Of a stretch of DNA of 64,000 nt, positions 1 through 12,242 are shown one piece after another. The stretch is from Lama glama (taxonomy: Eukaryota). A model generated the notes under the pieces. It made no database searches, was not told the origin of the DNA, and saw only the letters and a program-made list of their open reading frames with translations. The stretch is taken from assembly GCA_028534125.1 (NCBI GenBank), contig CM052817.1:22012001-22076000 (forward strand), given 5' to 3'. A program made the translations under genes and the position numbers. Numbering within the stretch: position 1 is the first letter of the stretch; each line of letters opens with the position of its first letter.

Positions 1-3000
1 AGACTGTTTGTTTGACTATAACCAAGTCAATAAATGAAAGAACTAGACTAAATGTTTTTCTGGCTATAATTTGAATCTATGCCTCTATGGCTGCTAAAGT
101 AATTCTATGACATTTGGGACATCTGTTCACTTTTTCCTTGGGACTGTTGTTTTGACTGTGTCTGGGTCACTTTAAAATAATTCTGAATAAATTAGCTTTA
201 TTCTATGCACTAGGGAGGTTAGTCAGCATTTGAAGCATCTTAATCAGGATACAATCCAGAAATGGTTAGGTAGTTTTTGAAAGACCTATTCAGGTGTCTT
301 ACTCCAAGATGGAAAGGGAAATTTTAAAATATCATGTTCCATATTTGTGTCTAGGGATTTACTAAATGGCATAAGGGATGTTAAAAACTATTTTCCATTG
401 ATCAGACTATATTGTTATAGAATTTGCTAGAAAGATGATTCAGGTTCCAGTTTACAAACAGGGCATAAGAGTTCAGCAAGACCAGAAATAGCCTTCTGAA
501 TGATGGTATAGGTCCTGAGTTTGTTTGTTCAGGGCCCCAGAACTTCACCCTCATGGAAATTGTCATTGTGCTATGATCAGAGAGCAAGGACTTCCCTAAG
601 CTTATATCAAAAGATGAAGCAACTGTTTTTGTGCTTGGTTTTTACTTAATGGTTGTCTTTTTGACAGAATTTAGTCAAAATTTTAATTTCAATATAGCAT
701 GTCAACTCCTAGCAAGATATGCAAAAGGAGAAAAATAGCCTCTACCTCTTTCTAATTCTGGGGTCTCTTGACTTTCTTCAGAGTAACCTGACAATTCCAA
801 GCCTCAGTTAAAGCAGTTTTCAACGGGTCCCAGTGTAAGAGTTTTGCATGTAATAAAGCTTATATGACTTCAAAAAGATAACACATAAACAGAGTATGTG
901 TGCTAATGAAGTGAGAATGCTTTTTGTCTCCATATTTGAAATATAGTATTCTACAAACCCTAAGCCTGCCAAGGAGTTATGTTCTTTAATCATCTGTAAA
1001 GCTATGAACCCTGTATGCCAGGTACCAGGCCATTTTTCCCAAGAAGGCTTAGTAAACATTGGCTCCATGAAGTCAACCTTAGTTATTTAAAAGTGTCTAG
1101 TCATATCTGAATCAAGTATCATTTTCAAATATGACATTCCACTCAAAACTTTGGTTACAAACCAATGTTTCCAATTATGTTCAGCTAACAAGGAGTCCAG
1201 ATTCTTGTTGAACCCATGCCAGTAATTATATTGCCATGTAAATAAGAATATAGGAAATTCCAAATTCTGGAGGGATCCAGCAGGGAGTAAAACATTTATG
1301 TTTTTCTCCCATTTACAAAATGCATAGTATATTAAAAATTGTATAAGTTATAAATAGCTTAAGAGAAAAAATCCTTATTTCCATAAAATTGAGCATTAAA
1401 ACATCAGTAATATTCCAAAAGAAACCCATAATCACCCCTCCTCCTTTCTTTCAGTCCTATGAAACGAATTCTTGCTTCACCCATCTTGGGTTGGCAATCT
1501 AATGAATCCATAACCTTCTCAATTAGAATTCTAGAAACCCTGACTCCATACAGTTGTAGGATCTCCAAGTTATTTAAGCAGCATCATCAGAAACCTGTGC
1601 CCAAAAGTATGTGGTGTAGTCCTTACCATGGGTCTCTGATAAAGCCCTTTTTTGTTGAAGCTGAAGCACTCTGGCCGATGGCTGATTGCAAGCACTATCG
1701 TTGAAGTATCAGAGTAAAACTCTCCGCAGATTACTAAAGTGTTAAAGTGACTGATGGAGGCTTATTACAAAAATAAGGCAATTATTGAGGAAATCTGGTT
1801 GTTTCTATGACATGCAACATTTTAAAAAATAACTGAAATTATGACTGATAACACTCTACTGTTGACTAATATCAGGCAAAGCACCATCAGGACTCTGATA
1901 AATATAAACATCATGAACAGCAAGGACATTATCAGATCTCTCACTTCATACACTTTCTGAAATATTTATATTTAACAACATTTTACCCATACAGATTTAA
2001 CCTAGGGAAGGTTAGCAGCTCTTCTGAGATAACAACACTTCCCACGCATCTCATAACATATCAAATAAACCTAATTATTTTTAGCACCTCTCTTTCTAAA
2101 AAGTGAAAGAACAAATCCTTTGTGATTTGTTCCAGGAGCCCTTTAGGAAATCTCAAAGACAGTATTAGGTACCAAAAATATCATTTAAGATTTGATTTGG
2201 GGAAGGCAAAATGACAAAAGTTGTTAAATTGCATTGCCAAAGTGACAATAAAAGACTTTAAAAGTAAATAAAGGAGGTAACATAATTGTAAAAAAAAAAA
2301 AAAGACAAAAAACATTAGCTTCTTTTTTAAAAGTGCAAAGACTTTGTTCTTCTAAATAATCAAGGACATGATAAAGTCAACATAAAGCACAAGAAACTAT
2401 TCTGATAAGATATAGAATCTCTGCCTTCCAGGCAGATAACTCATAAGATAAAGAAAATCTTTTTACAAACTCTTGATAATTAGAGACCAGTAATCTAAGA
2501 AAATTTTGTCATTTTAACAAATAGAAAACATAAACTGAGTTTTTTATGAGTATAACATTTCACACTAAATCTCATTTAAAAATCTTAGAAATAAACCCAT
2601 CAAACATTAGCAAATAAAAATCCCCTTTTTGCAAACTCTCTATAGCTTTCCGTATTCATTCAGGTATTTTTTACACTTGCATCTTTCTCATTCTGGAATA
2701 AATACTTAATTTACTTTAGGGAAAAAATAATCTTTTTTAAAAATAAAAACATATCTGCATACTGTGTATACTTAATTTAGCATAAGTCTAAGGTTTTAAA
2801 TTACTAAAAATGGTTGAAAACTATCTGCAGGCTAACATACTCCACAACATAATTGCTATTGGAATACAATTTTTCAGAATAAGTTAAATTTTTTATCTTT
2901 CTGAGGATTTTATGAATATTCAGTTTATATAATACATGTTTAATTATCTCTAAACCAATTATAAAAGAGCTCTTTGAAGGAGGTTATATAATATAATTTG

Positions 3001-4231
3001 GTAATACCATCTGAAGGTAAGAAAATGCTACATATGCACATACACAAAGAGACAATAGGAGAGAGGTTATAGCTTCAATTCTAAAATCTTACCTATGTTT
3101 CAGTCATAAACAAACAAACAGACAAAAAATCCAAAACTTACTAGTTTGTATGAGAGAGCTGACTCTTGTTCTTTCCTCGCCTTTACACTTTACATTTTTA
3201 CCAGGAATGTTTTTTTCTGGAAGATGATACAAGTTGATTTTACCTGTTCCCAGCCAATAATTTCTGAGAAAACCTTTAAGAGTTCATTTGCCATGATAAT
3301 TCTTTTTTGGAAAATATGGGCAAAGAACTGATGAGAAACCAAGAGGCCATCTGGGTGTCTCCAAAGCCCATCTTTTTGGGTAAAACATTGCTTCCAACCA
3401 GCTTTTTCAGCCTCTGATGGTTGAATAGGAGACATTAGGAAATTGACAGGCTGGGATAGAAAGAGAAAGGTCTGGCAAGGGTGGGTAGAAGGGTGGAGTA
3501 GGTTGAGGTGCTAAAAGGATCAGACAAAGGATACAAGGGAGTTGGAGGAAAGACAGAAGACAGAGGAGAAGAAGAGAGGAAGGAGGGATGATGGGAAAAG
3601 ATAGGCTTAGATAAGCCAGTGTGGGGACATCTCAAGTTTACCAAAAATGCAATTGGAATTCTAAATTGCCTTTGGTGGAAGTTGCCGTTACTAGGAGATA
3701 CTAGACTGAATTAGTGCTGTAACAGCAAAGCATGTATAGTCAGTGGGAGAAGAGGAAGGAAGGTGCCAAATACAGTGAGACTTAACCATGGGATTTATAG
3801 ATAGTTACACCAAAGAGAGAAATGAAAGAAAAAAAATCTATAAAGAACTTGGGAAGAGAATTCTACTTGACTAATTTCCTCACAATCCCTGGGACAGAGA
3901 GCGAAGGGAACCCCTTAGGGAATCTCTGAGATGAAAGGAAAGGTGGAAATGCCCTGCACAATCTCCAAGTGTGGGGAACCTAGGAAAAACTGAAGAAGCT
4001 TCAGAGAAGGGGCAAAAATAATAATCGATTTGACTGAAAAAATTAAACTCCTTACCACACTGCAACAGACAATATGCCTGGAACACTATTTTGAGAATTG
4101 AATTTGGCGAAAGAGCTGAGAATCACGTAGCAGCAGAGGAGTTAAAGGACCCACAAAGGCACCATAACCTGTAAGGGGATGGTGGGAGTCCATAGGGGAG
4201 GCCCAATCTCCATCCAAGTTATAGCACCAGC
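1..4231 (-). mobile_element. ERV1-class internal region (MER31/MER67/MER4-group-like, non-autonomous, decayed); runs off the left edge
   Basis: Follows the LTR and PBS on the minus strand. It has a gag matrix-like remnant (TKGNLEFQLHFW*T*DVPTL, about 3620-3680), a Pro-rich segment (3435-3600), a pol-like remnant (PSEAEKAGWKQ..GLWRHPDG, about 3340-3430), then long AT-rich non-coding sequence typical of this group. Confidence 0.75.
4212..4229 (-). promoter_or_regulatory. Retroviral primer-binding site, tRNA-His type (degenerate)
   Basis: Minus strand TGGTGCTATAACTTGGAT matches the tRNA-His PBS TGGTGCCGTGACTCGGAT at 14/18. All four mismatches are transitions, and it lies directly 3' of the LTR. 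Confidence 0.8.
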
Positions 4232-4886
4232 AACTTCCAAATAAAGAACAAACTTGGGGCCTAGATAAGGAGAGACTTCATTGGAAAGTCTTATTGCAAA
4301 ACAGGGGAAAGGGACTTTTGCAATAGGAGGAGAGAGTCTATTGCAATAGGGAGAATTTCTGGCCAAGAGATCTGCCAGCATTGCACAGATGAGGCAGAAA
4401 GGGGTTTTTGTTTTATTGAGTTTATTTTTTTTTATTAAAAGACTACAGAACTGGGCTTGTGAATGTGGTATGAGCAAGGATGATGTGATTGGATGGTAGG
4501 TCAGTGACTGTTTCACACTAAAAACCAGCCTGTTCTTAAGAGAGGCCATTAGGGAAGGATTGCTAGATGTTCATGCTGAGAGTGAGTCAAACTTCAGGGT
4601 ATGGAGAGTGGTAGAGAATCTTAACCAAAGTTCAGCTGACAAGCATTTAGTTCTGACTGATCAGTGGAGCCAAAGCAGTCCAGCTATTCATTTAAAAGGC
4701 AGCAAGTGGGAATTTTTATATCTGCGTCTGTTCTAAGTAAGCAAAGGAGACCTCTGTGAATTTTCTCTCAGTCAGATGGAGAATAGTGCTTCTTTATAGT
4801 AGCCATGTCTGGGAACACGAAAAGGTGACAGTTTCATTAATCCTTGCATTTTCCAGGATCACAAGACCCAGTAAATTTCACCCTCA
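4232..4886 (-). mobile_element. ERV1 5' LTR, MER67/MER31-like
   Basis: Minus strand begins TG...tttactgggtcttgtgatcctggaaaa and contains tgaactttggttaag and repeated ctattgcaatag motifs near the U5 end, as in recalled MER67/MER31 consensus. Confidence 0.75.
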
Positions 4887-6149
4887 GTCCTGCTGCCATA
4901 GATGTCATTGTTCTTAGGCCATCTGTATTAGTGTTCTTCCCTCTGTCAAGGGGAAATCTTACATGTCCGTTAGAACAAGAAGAATAAATTGGACACTAAG
5001 CTGTTAAAGCGTGTCCTGCTTCTACTAAGGAAAACTTAGTATCTTAAATATCTTAAGGAAACTCCCTGTCTTTAAATGTCACTCTCTGCAGTATGATTTC
5101 CCGAAGTTAAAATCAAACAAGGTCATTTGCTCATTTACATATCCTGACTTGTGCCTTACAGATTATAGACTTAATGGCATTTGGGGAAAGCTGGTGTGGT
5201 GTATCTTACGGATGGAGTAGATAGCGTGGATACAGAATAGGAAACCTAAACAAATGATGAAACGTTTAAATTTACTATGGAGGTATCACAAGCCCTGAGG
5301 ATGAAGTCGGGTTACATTCTAGAATATCAGTTAACAATCAAATGGAAAGATAAGATGAGAAGGTAAGATGGACGTGGGTCCAGTTTTGTGCAGAGCGTGA
5401 ACAGACACAAGAGCAATACAGTGTAGTTTAATAAGACCTGATTAAGTGCATGATATTTGCAAGAAAATTATTAGGCCATGTAAGGCCAAGAATAAAATAT
5501 AGATGTTTAAACTGTGGGATGGAACCATACGTAGAAATAGGGTTTAAGGATATAGGCAAGCACGTGAGTTAAGTTTAAATTTGGTTACAAAATAGGTAGG
5601 AGTCAAGTAACTGACATGAGGACTGTGACTAGAGGTCAAAGGTTCGAAACAGGTGGTACATCTCTACACAGGTGGTCAAAGCATGACCATGGCCAAGCCA
5701 ACTGTTTGTTTTGTTTTTGAGTTTTAATAATAATTATATTTGTTTTCAGAGGGAGCCAGACTGGTTAGTTACCCTTAATTTCAGAAAAAGATAGTACAAT
5801 GTAGGGGAATATTTAGAGTTATCAAACTTGACATTTGCTTATCATTTAAACGTTTGATATTTTATTTTTCAGACACTTATTCCTTATATTCGCAAGTAAT
5901 TGAAATTGACATGATGATTTAATATGCAACATCAAGCAAGATTCTTTCAATGTAATGTGTTAACCAAGTTAACCGAAAAAGATAGCCATTTGATTTGTTT
6001 CACTCTTCTTAACAAGTCAACATTTTTTTCCCTATGAGAAAAAGATCTGTCACCAGTTCGAACAATTTGAAAGTTCCATGCTCCATAGTAATACCGTAAA
6101 GTTTAGTTTAAGGACAAGCCATGATTATATTCCCAAATGCCATGCCTAC

Positions 6150-6241
6150 TGCCTCTCTCTCTCACTCTTTCCCTCCCTCCTTCTCTCCCTCTCCCCCTCT
6201 CTCTTTCTCTCTCCTCTCCTACACGCTTTCCTCTCTCTTTC
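6150..6241 (+). repeat. Polypyrimidine (CT-rich) low-complexity tract
   Basis: About 90 bp of almost pure C/T. Confidence 0.95.
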
Positions 6242-7739
6242 AAATCCGAGCAAGAAAATTTAGGAGATAAATTTAACATAAATTTACTAACCGTCTTCTT
6301 TCTGTCTTGCATTGTTAACTTCTGCTGAATACAGATAAGATGCTGGAAAAAAGACCTGGTCTCCAGGAGCTAGCAGTTTATTGTGTAGCATTGTATCTCT
6401 TTTACTTGATTTTCTCTAATAACGTACCTTTCCTAGAACCATTAAAAAATTCATCTGCAGGAAGACTGTTTATTTTCTACTTTTATTCTCAAAAGTATTT
6501 TTTTTAAATTAATGCCACTGGACCAGCCTCTATAATGTTTTACAAGAATGTGACTTGATATATTATGTTTAAAAGGCAATTTGAAGGCCAGAACAAGAGT
6601 TAGAAGAAAGTAGCAACAGCCTAATGCATCCTGATCTCTTCCTCGCCTGGGGAAATACAGGCCCTGGTTCCTATTCCCAAATTTTCTGGCAGCATAAAGA
6701 AGTAGTCACAGTACTACTTGTCTACCACCTACTGGAGAATAGGAGGAATCAAAGGAAGAGATGGGTTATGTGATTCCAGAGCACACCCAGGAGACTATGG
6801 AGCTACTGCTGTCACATACACAAGGCTCTACTCTAGTGGAGACATGGGGCCTTAAGCAGAAAGGTTATTTAAACCCCAAAGCATAAATGAAACAGTTGGA
6901 AATGGAAAAATCCAATAAGCCAAAAGGCTGAGCTAACCTGTCTGGCGGAGCGTAGAACGTGGCAGCTTTTGGCAGAAGCAGTGAATTCTGAGCTTTATGT
7001 CAGTGTTATAAATTTTACTTCCCTTTTAATATCTCTATCAAAACCTTGCCCAGATAAATTGTAAATCAGTTGACCAAGGTAATTTACTTATCCTGAGTCG
7101 GATGTTTGTGTATGGTAATTTTGCCTCCAGAAAAGGAAATGGCCTGCTTGTGGCTTCCTACCCCTTTGGCAGGCAGGAGGAAAACATCAGCTCACTGGCC
7201 AGTAATGCAGTCGCAAGAGTAAATGTGGGGCAGCAATTTAGAGGAGGCAAGAGGAAGGGATGAGGAGCTTTACCCTCCCAGTGGGAAAGAGATGTTGCTG
7301 GATTGGCAGGAGTTTCTCCGAGGATTAAACGAATTTGTTCTGATGGCAACCAGGTCACAATAATTACTCCCACCGCTCTGTAGCTTTTCAGTTGCCATTA
7401 CCCTCCTGTGGCAGCTTATGGAAAAAAGTTGGCATAAAAATTAAGGGCACTGATTATTGTAACTAGGTAAATAAAGGGATAACAATTTTACTCAATTAAA
7501 GGCCTTGGCAAAGTGGCCCAAAGTAAGCCACAAAGGAAATCAACACACAATGCCATCTTATACAAATGTCTGAATTTACATTCACAAAGTTGGAATGTGG
7601 TCATTTTGGCCAAAGCCAAACTCTTCAGAGGTAAAGAATCAGTGCTCATAAAAGTAAATACATCAAGAGGTGATGACAATTTTAAATGGCAAGCAAAAAG
7701 ATCAGAAGCTTTGTGTTCTTAATTTGTACCTTCTTAATA

Positions 7740-7910
7740 AGTCTGTTATCATTTTAGTTAGAAAAGGCAACTTAGAAGGCAAAGACTTGGACCATTTTGT
7801 TTACTAGCATATCCCTAGCATCTGGAGCTATTCCTGGATTCAAAAGGGCTCATAAAACTTTTGTGAATGAATAGGTGACTTATTATGTAATAGATGACTA
7901 AATGAATGAA
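7740..7910 (+). mobile_element. L2 3' end fragment
   Basis: ttgtttactagcatatccctagcatctgg...gtgaatgaat tail typical of L2. Confidence 0.55.
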
Positions 7911-8299
7911 GAATAGAACTGTTAAAAAGTTCCCTTGAAAATCCTGAAATATGAGTAGGGGATACTAATCATATTAAGCCTAGATATTACAGTACTTGGT
8001 GGTGTCTTTCTAATGATTCAATTTTCATATTAGAAGGCCACATTAAAATATAGTCACAACACAAAACATGACTACATAGCTCTTTTATCGTGATTGCAGA
8101 AAATGCGTCTTGAAAGTGATAATGTTTTTTTCACCTCTGTACACCTGTCTACCTCTTCTGTCCCTTCTGTCTTAGTTCTCTTCATCCCCACTTGCTTACA
8201 TTCCATTTTGGGCTATTTAGTTTTTCCTCTTTCTTTCATTTCACCTTTTCTCTGTTCTCTTCCCTCTTCCCATTTATATTCCATCTTTCTCCACTTTAT

Positions 8300-8705
8300 T
8301 CAGAATTTTATCAAAAGTTCTCCCTGAGCAAGGAGACATATCACATTACTCACTCTACCTCTAAATGACTATGACCGTTAAACATTGGTTCTGCTGCCTC
8401 CTTGGCCTGGCATCTCTTCCTGCCATTCTTTTCTCTCCGATCACTTACTCATGCTAGAGGACATCACAAAACTATTTTCTCTAAACAACTTTCACCAATC
8501 CCATCAGAGAGAGTTGATAATTACCTTCCTTTGAGGCTTCACCATAAAGTAAAAACCTCTTCCAGCACCTATCACACATCATTAGTAGGTATTTTTTTGT
8601 CTCTTCTCAGTTTGTAACCTCTTAAGAGTATTGGTTATAACACATTTATCTTATATCCACAGTTCTGGGCACAAAGTGCTCAATATTTGAATAGATGAAT
8701 GAAAA
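8300..8705 (+). mobile_element. L2 3' fragment
   Basis: Ends gggcacaaagtgctcaatatttgaatagatgaatgaa, the L2 terminus. Confidence 0.65.
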
Positions 8706-8952
8706 CATGAAGGAATTGAGAGCTGAGATTCGGTGAACATGTATGCTTTATATTAATAGATACTTACACAAAAATCTGAGTCATTCTGTTTTTATAACAT
8801 TAAACAAATTAAAATTGAATGCATTATTTAAATCCTAAATAAATACAAACATAATTTGCTAAAATTCAAATGAGACAAATGTGACTTAAATCCAAAGATG
8901 ACTTCTCTTCGTCTTTTATTTTTTTCTAACTGGCACAATTTGCTCATGGAAA

Positions 8953-9027
8953 TGTGTGTATATGTTATATGTATATATATATATATATATACACACATAT
9001 ATATATACACACACACACATATATATG
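8953..9027. repeat. Compound (TA)n/(CA)n microsatellite
   Basis: Seen directly. Confidence 0.95.
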
Positions 9028-9634
9028 TAAGCTAAAATCTACATATGAAAAGCTTTATAGAAACTGAAATAATACTTTCACAATATTAACTGTGAATATA
9101 TGTGTGTAATGTGATCGATTAACTTGGATCCTAACTAGAATTTATTTCACTACATAGCATTATTGTCTTTTTCTATTCATTTCATCCTCTCTTGTATTTT
9201 CTGGACCCATTTCATTCAGTGCCAGTGAATCTGATTGGACTGTAAAACATGAAATGTGTAGCATCAAAACACAGCTGGAGCCAATGCCATTCTTTAGCCA
9301 GCTGGCATGAGCCATTGCTGTAGAAAGCAGCTGACTTCTGTTTTGGTAGAGTAAGCATTCCAGCGTGTGCTGCTTGTAATTCACTCATCACGCAACAAAC
9401 AAATTAGTCTAGAGAAGAAATCTGTCAGCCACTGAGAGGAATGGGATTGATTGATAAAGAAGCTGTCACTACTCCCTGCTTATGGTACATAGTGTGCTTC
9501 TCATGCTTTTAGCAAAGCAGTTTACACCATTTGTAGTACTTTCATCCTCAAGGCAAGACTTGAAAATTTTTAGGACTCGAGGAAGAAGGGGGTAGAGAAA
9601 ATCTTGGGCAATGGACTTTATCTATATAACTATG

Positions 9635-9907
9635 CATATCTATCTATCTGTCTGTCTATCTATCAACCTACCTACCTGTCTAGACATGTATCTATGCATC
9701 TGTATATGTATTTATCTATCCATTTATTCCTACATCCATCCTTAATCATCTATCCATCTAGTTCTTCACTTACCCAGCTACATTTCTCTCTCCCATCTAT
9801 GTACCTCTTATCTGTTTATATCAATCTGTGTATAGCTCTATCTATCCATTTATTTTTCCAACTCTCCTCCATCTCTTCATGTATCAGTAGCTCTGTATCA
9901 GTCTAAA

Positions 9908-9968
<61 letters not shown>

Positions 9969-9995
9969 ATCTGTCTGTCTGTCTATCTATCTATC
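9635..9995. repeat. (TATC)n tetranucleotide array: degenerate 5' part, perfect core of about 13 units at 9914-9967
   Basis: Seen directly. Confidence 0.95.
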
Positions 9996-10499
9996 ATCTT
10001 TCTCCATCCTGTAATATCAGGGATAGAGTTCCACTCAACCTTTGCTTAAATTTCACCAGAAATGCAAAACTTACAATTCTACCAGGTAGCCAAGTCTCTA
10101 ATTCTCCACATCTAGTGACTTAGAAGTTAACTGCATTTTAATAATCTCCATTTGTTAGTCATGGCTTTGCTCTCCAGAAAATGTAAAATGAGTCTATTAC
10201 CACTTCCATCTGAAAAAAAAAAATCTCCAGATTTTTGAAGAAAGCCAGTCTTTTTTATCCAGCACTTTTGCTCACTGGCCTAAATAAACCCCCTTCTTAC
10301 AGGATGCAGTTTTCTAGCATTATATACTACAATGATCCTTTCCTGTACACTCACAAAGTTTGTCACTATCCCTTTTACTTAAATTATTGTGCAATATTTA
10401 GAAATAAACAGATCTTAGAACTGTGAGTTGTATTGGATTTATTCTCTAAATATTGAGACTAATACATGATTATCAAGCTTGAAAATACCACTTTTCATG

Positions 10500-12090
10500 T
10501 AATATTATTTGTTAATTGCTATTTAATAAATTGTTACAATCTATAAACAGCTCATATAACTTAAAAAGAAAAAACAAACAACCCAATCCAAAAATGGGCA
10601 AAAGACCTAAAGAAGCAATTCTCCAGTGAAGACATACAAATGACCAATAGGTACATGAAAAAATGCTCAGTATCACTAATTATCAGACAAATGCAAATCA
10701 AAACTACAATGAGGTATCACCTCACACTAGTCAGAATCACCATCATTAAAAAGTCCACTAATGATAAATGCTGGAGAGGGCATGGAGAAAAGGGAACTCT
10801 CCTACACTGCTGGTAGGAATGTCATTTGGTGCAGTCATTATGGGAAACAGTATGAAAATTCTTCAAAAACTAAAAACAGACTTAGCATATGATCCAGCAA
10901 TCCCACTCCTGGCTATATATCTGGAGGGAACTCTAATTTGAAAAGATACATGCACCCCAGTGTTCATAGCAGCACTGTGTACAATAGCTAAGACATAGAA
11001 ACAACCTAAATGTCCATTGACAGATGACTGGATAAAGAAGTTGTGGTATATTTACACAATGGAATACTACTCATCCATAAAAAAGAATAAAATAATGTCA
11101 TTTGCAACAACATGGATAGACCTAAAGACCATCATTCTAAGTGATGTAAGCCAGAAAGAGAAAGAAAAATACCATATGATATCACTCATATGTGGAATCT
11201 AAAAAAAAGTAAAAACAAAGAGGACACTCATGAACTCATCTACAAAACAGAAACAGACTCACAGACATAGTAAACAATCTTATGGTTACTGGGGAAAAGG
11301 GTGGGAAGGGATAAATTTGGGAGTTTGAAATTTGTAAATGTTAGCCACTGTATTTCAAAATAGATTTTTAAAAAAGTTTCTTCTGTATAGTACAGGGAAC
11401 TATATCCAATATCTTGTAATAATCCTTAATGAAAAAGAATATGAAAATGAATATATATATGTGTATGTGCATGACTGGGACATTGTGCTGTATAACAGAA
11501 ACTGAAACATTTTAATTGACTGCATGTCAGTAAAAAATAAAATAAAATAAATTATTATAATCTTAGCAGCTTAAGATAATGCACAGTTGTTATCTCACAG
11601 TTTCTGTGAGTCAGGAATCTAGGCTCAGCTTAGCTAGACCCTCTGCTAGGATATCACAAGGCTGCCATGAGTGTCATCCAAACTATGCTCTCATGTGGAG
11701 GCTTAACTGGGAGGATTCCATTTCCAATCTCACTCAAGTTGTTGGCAGATCCATTTCCACATGACTGTAGAAATGCCCTGACCTCTTCCTGGTTGATGGC
11801 TGGAGGCTTCCCTCGGGTCCTAAACACCACTCTCAGCGGCTTGCCATGTAAGCTTTCTAGCAGGGATGCTTACTTCCTCAAAGCCAACTAGGGAGAAATC
11901 TGTGGAGCAAGTCTACTGGCAAAATGAAATCTTATATAATTGTGGGAGTAAAATCTCATCACCTTGGCCACATTCAATTGGTTCAAAACAAGTCACAGAT
12001 CCCACCTACGTTCAAAGAAAGAAGATTAAATACAAACAAATGTGATCACCGGCAGGTAGGGATCATAGAGGCGTTCTTTGAGTCTTTCAC
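10500..12090 (-). mobile_element. MLT1 (MaLR) solo LTR interrupted by the L1 at 10543-11545
   Basis: tctcacagtttctgtgagtcaggaatctagg...gtcacag motifs. The LTR terminus (tattatttgttaattgct) lies left of the L1 and resumes at 11564. Confidence 0.75.
10543..11545 (+). mobile_element. 5'-truncated LINE-1 (ORF2 C-terminus, 3'UTR, A-rich tail) with 18-bp TSD
   Basis: ORF 11017-11202 WIKKLWYIYTMEYYSSIKKN...KYHMISLICGI is the L1 ORF2p C-terminus. TSD aataaattgttacaatct (10525-10542) vs aataaattattataatct (11546-11563). Confidence 0.95.
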
Positions 12091-12242
12091 CAAATATCCA
12101 ATGAATCAAAATAGTATCAAGTGATACAGCATCTGAGTGTATGATAGTGATTTGTTTCTAATGTTTCATGGAACTTCTTGGAAAACAAAACTGCCATGAG
12201 CCTTCTCTATATCATTGAGGGTGAGGACCGAGTCCTGGTAGA

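Noticed and set aside
5170..5400. Endogenous viral or foreign coding fragment
   Set aside because: The three plus frames I translated have frequent stops and no recognisable motif. Part resembles degenerate L2.
5260..5585. Recurring GTTTAA hexamer as a CRISPR-like or tandem array
   Set aside because: Spacings are irregular (162, 79, 37, 31 bp) and there is no longer shared repeat. This is expected by chance in AT-rich DNA.
6078..6328. Overlapping ORFs with RE-rich or LS-rich peptides
   Set aside because: Artefacts of translating the CT tract.
6620..7130. Possible ancient LTR
   Set aside because: Only a vague resemblance (TATA-like box). No termini, TSD or recognisable consensus.
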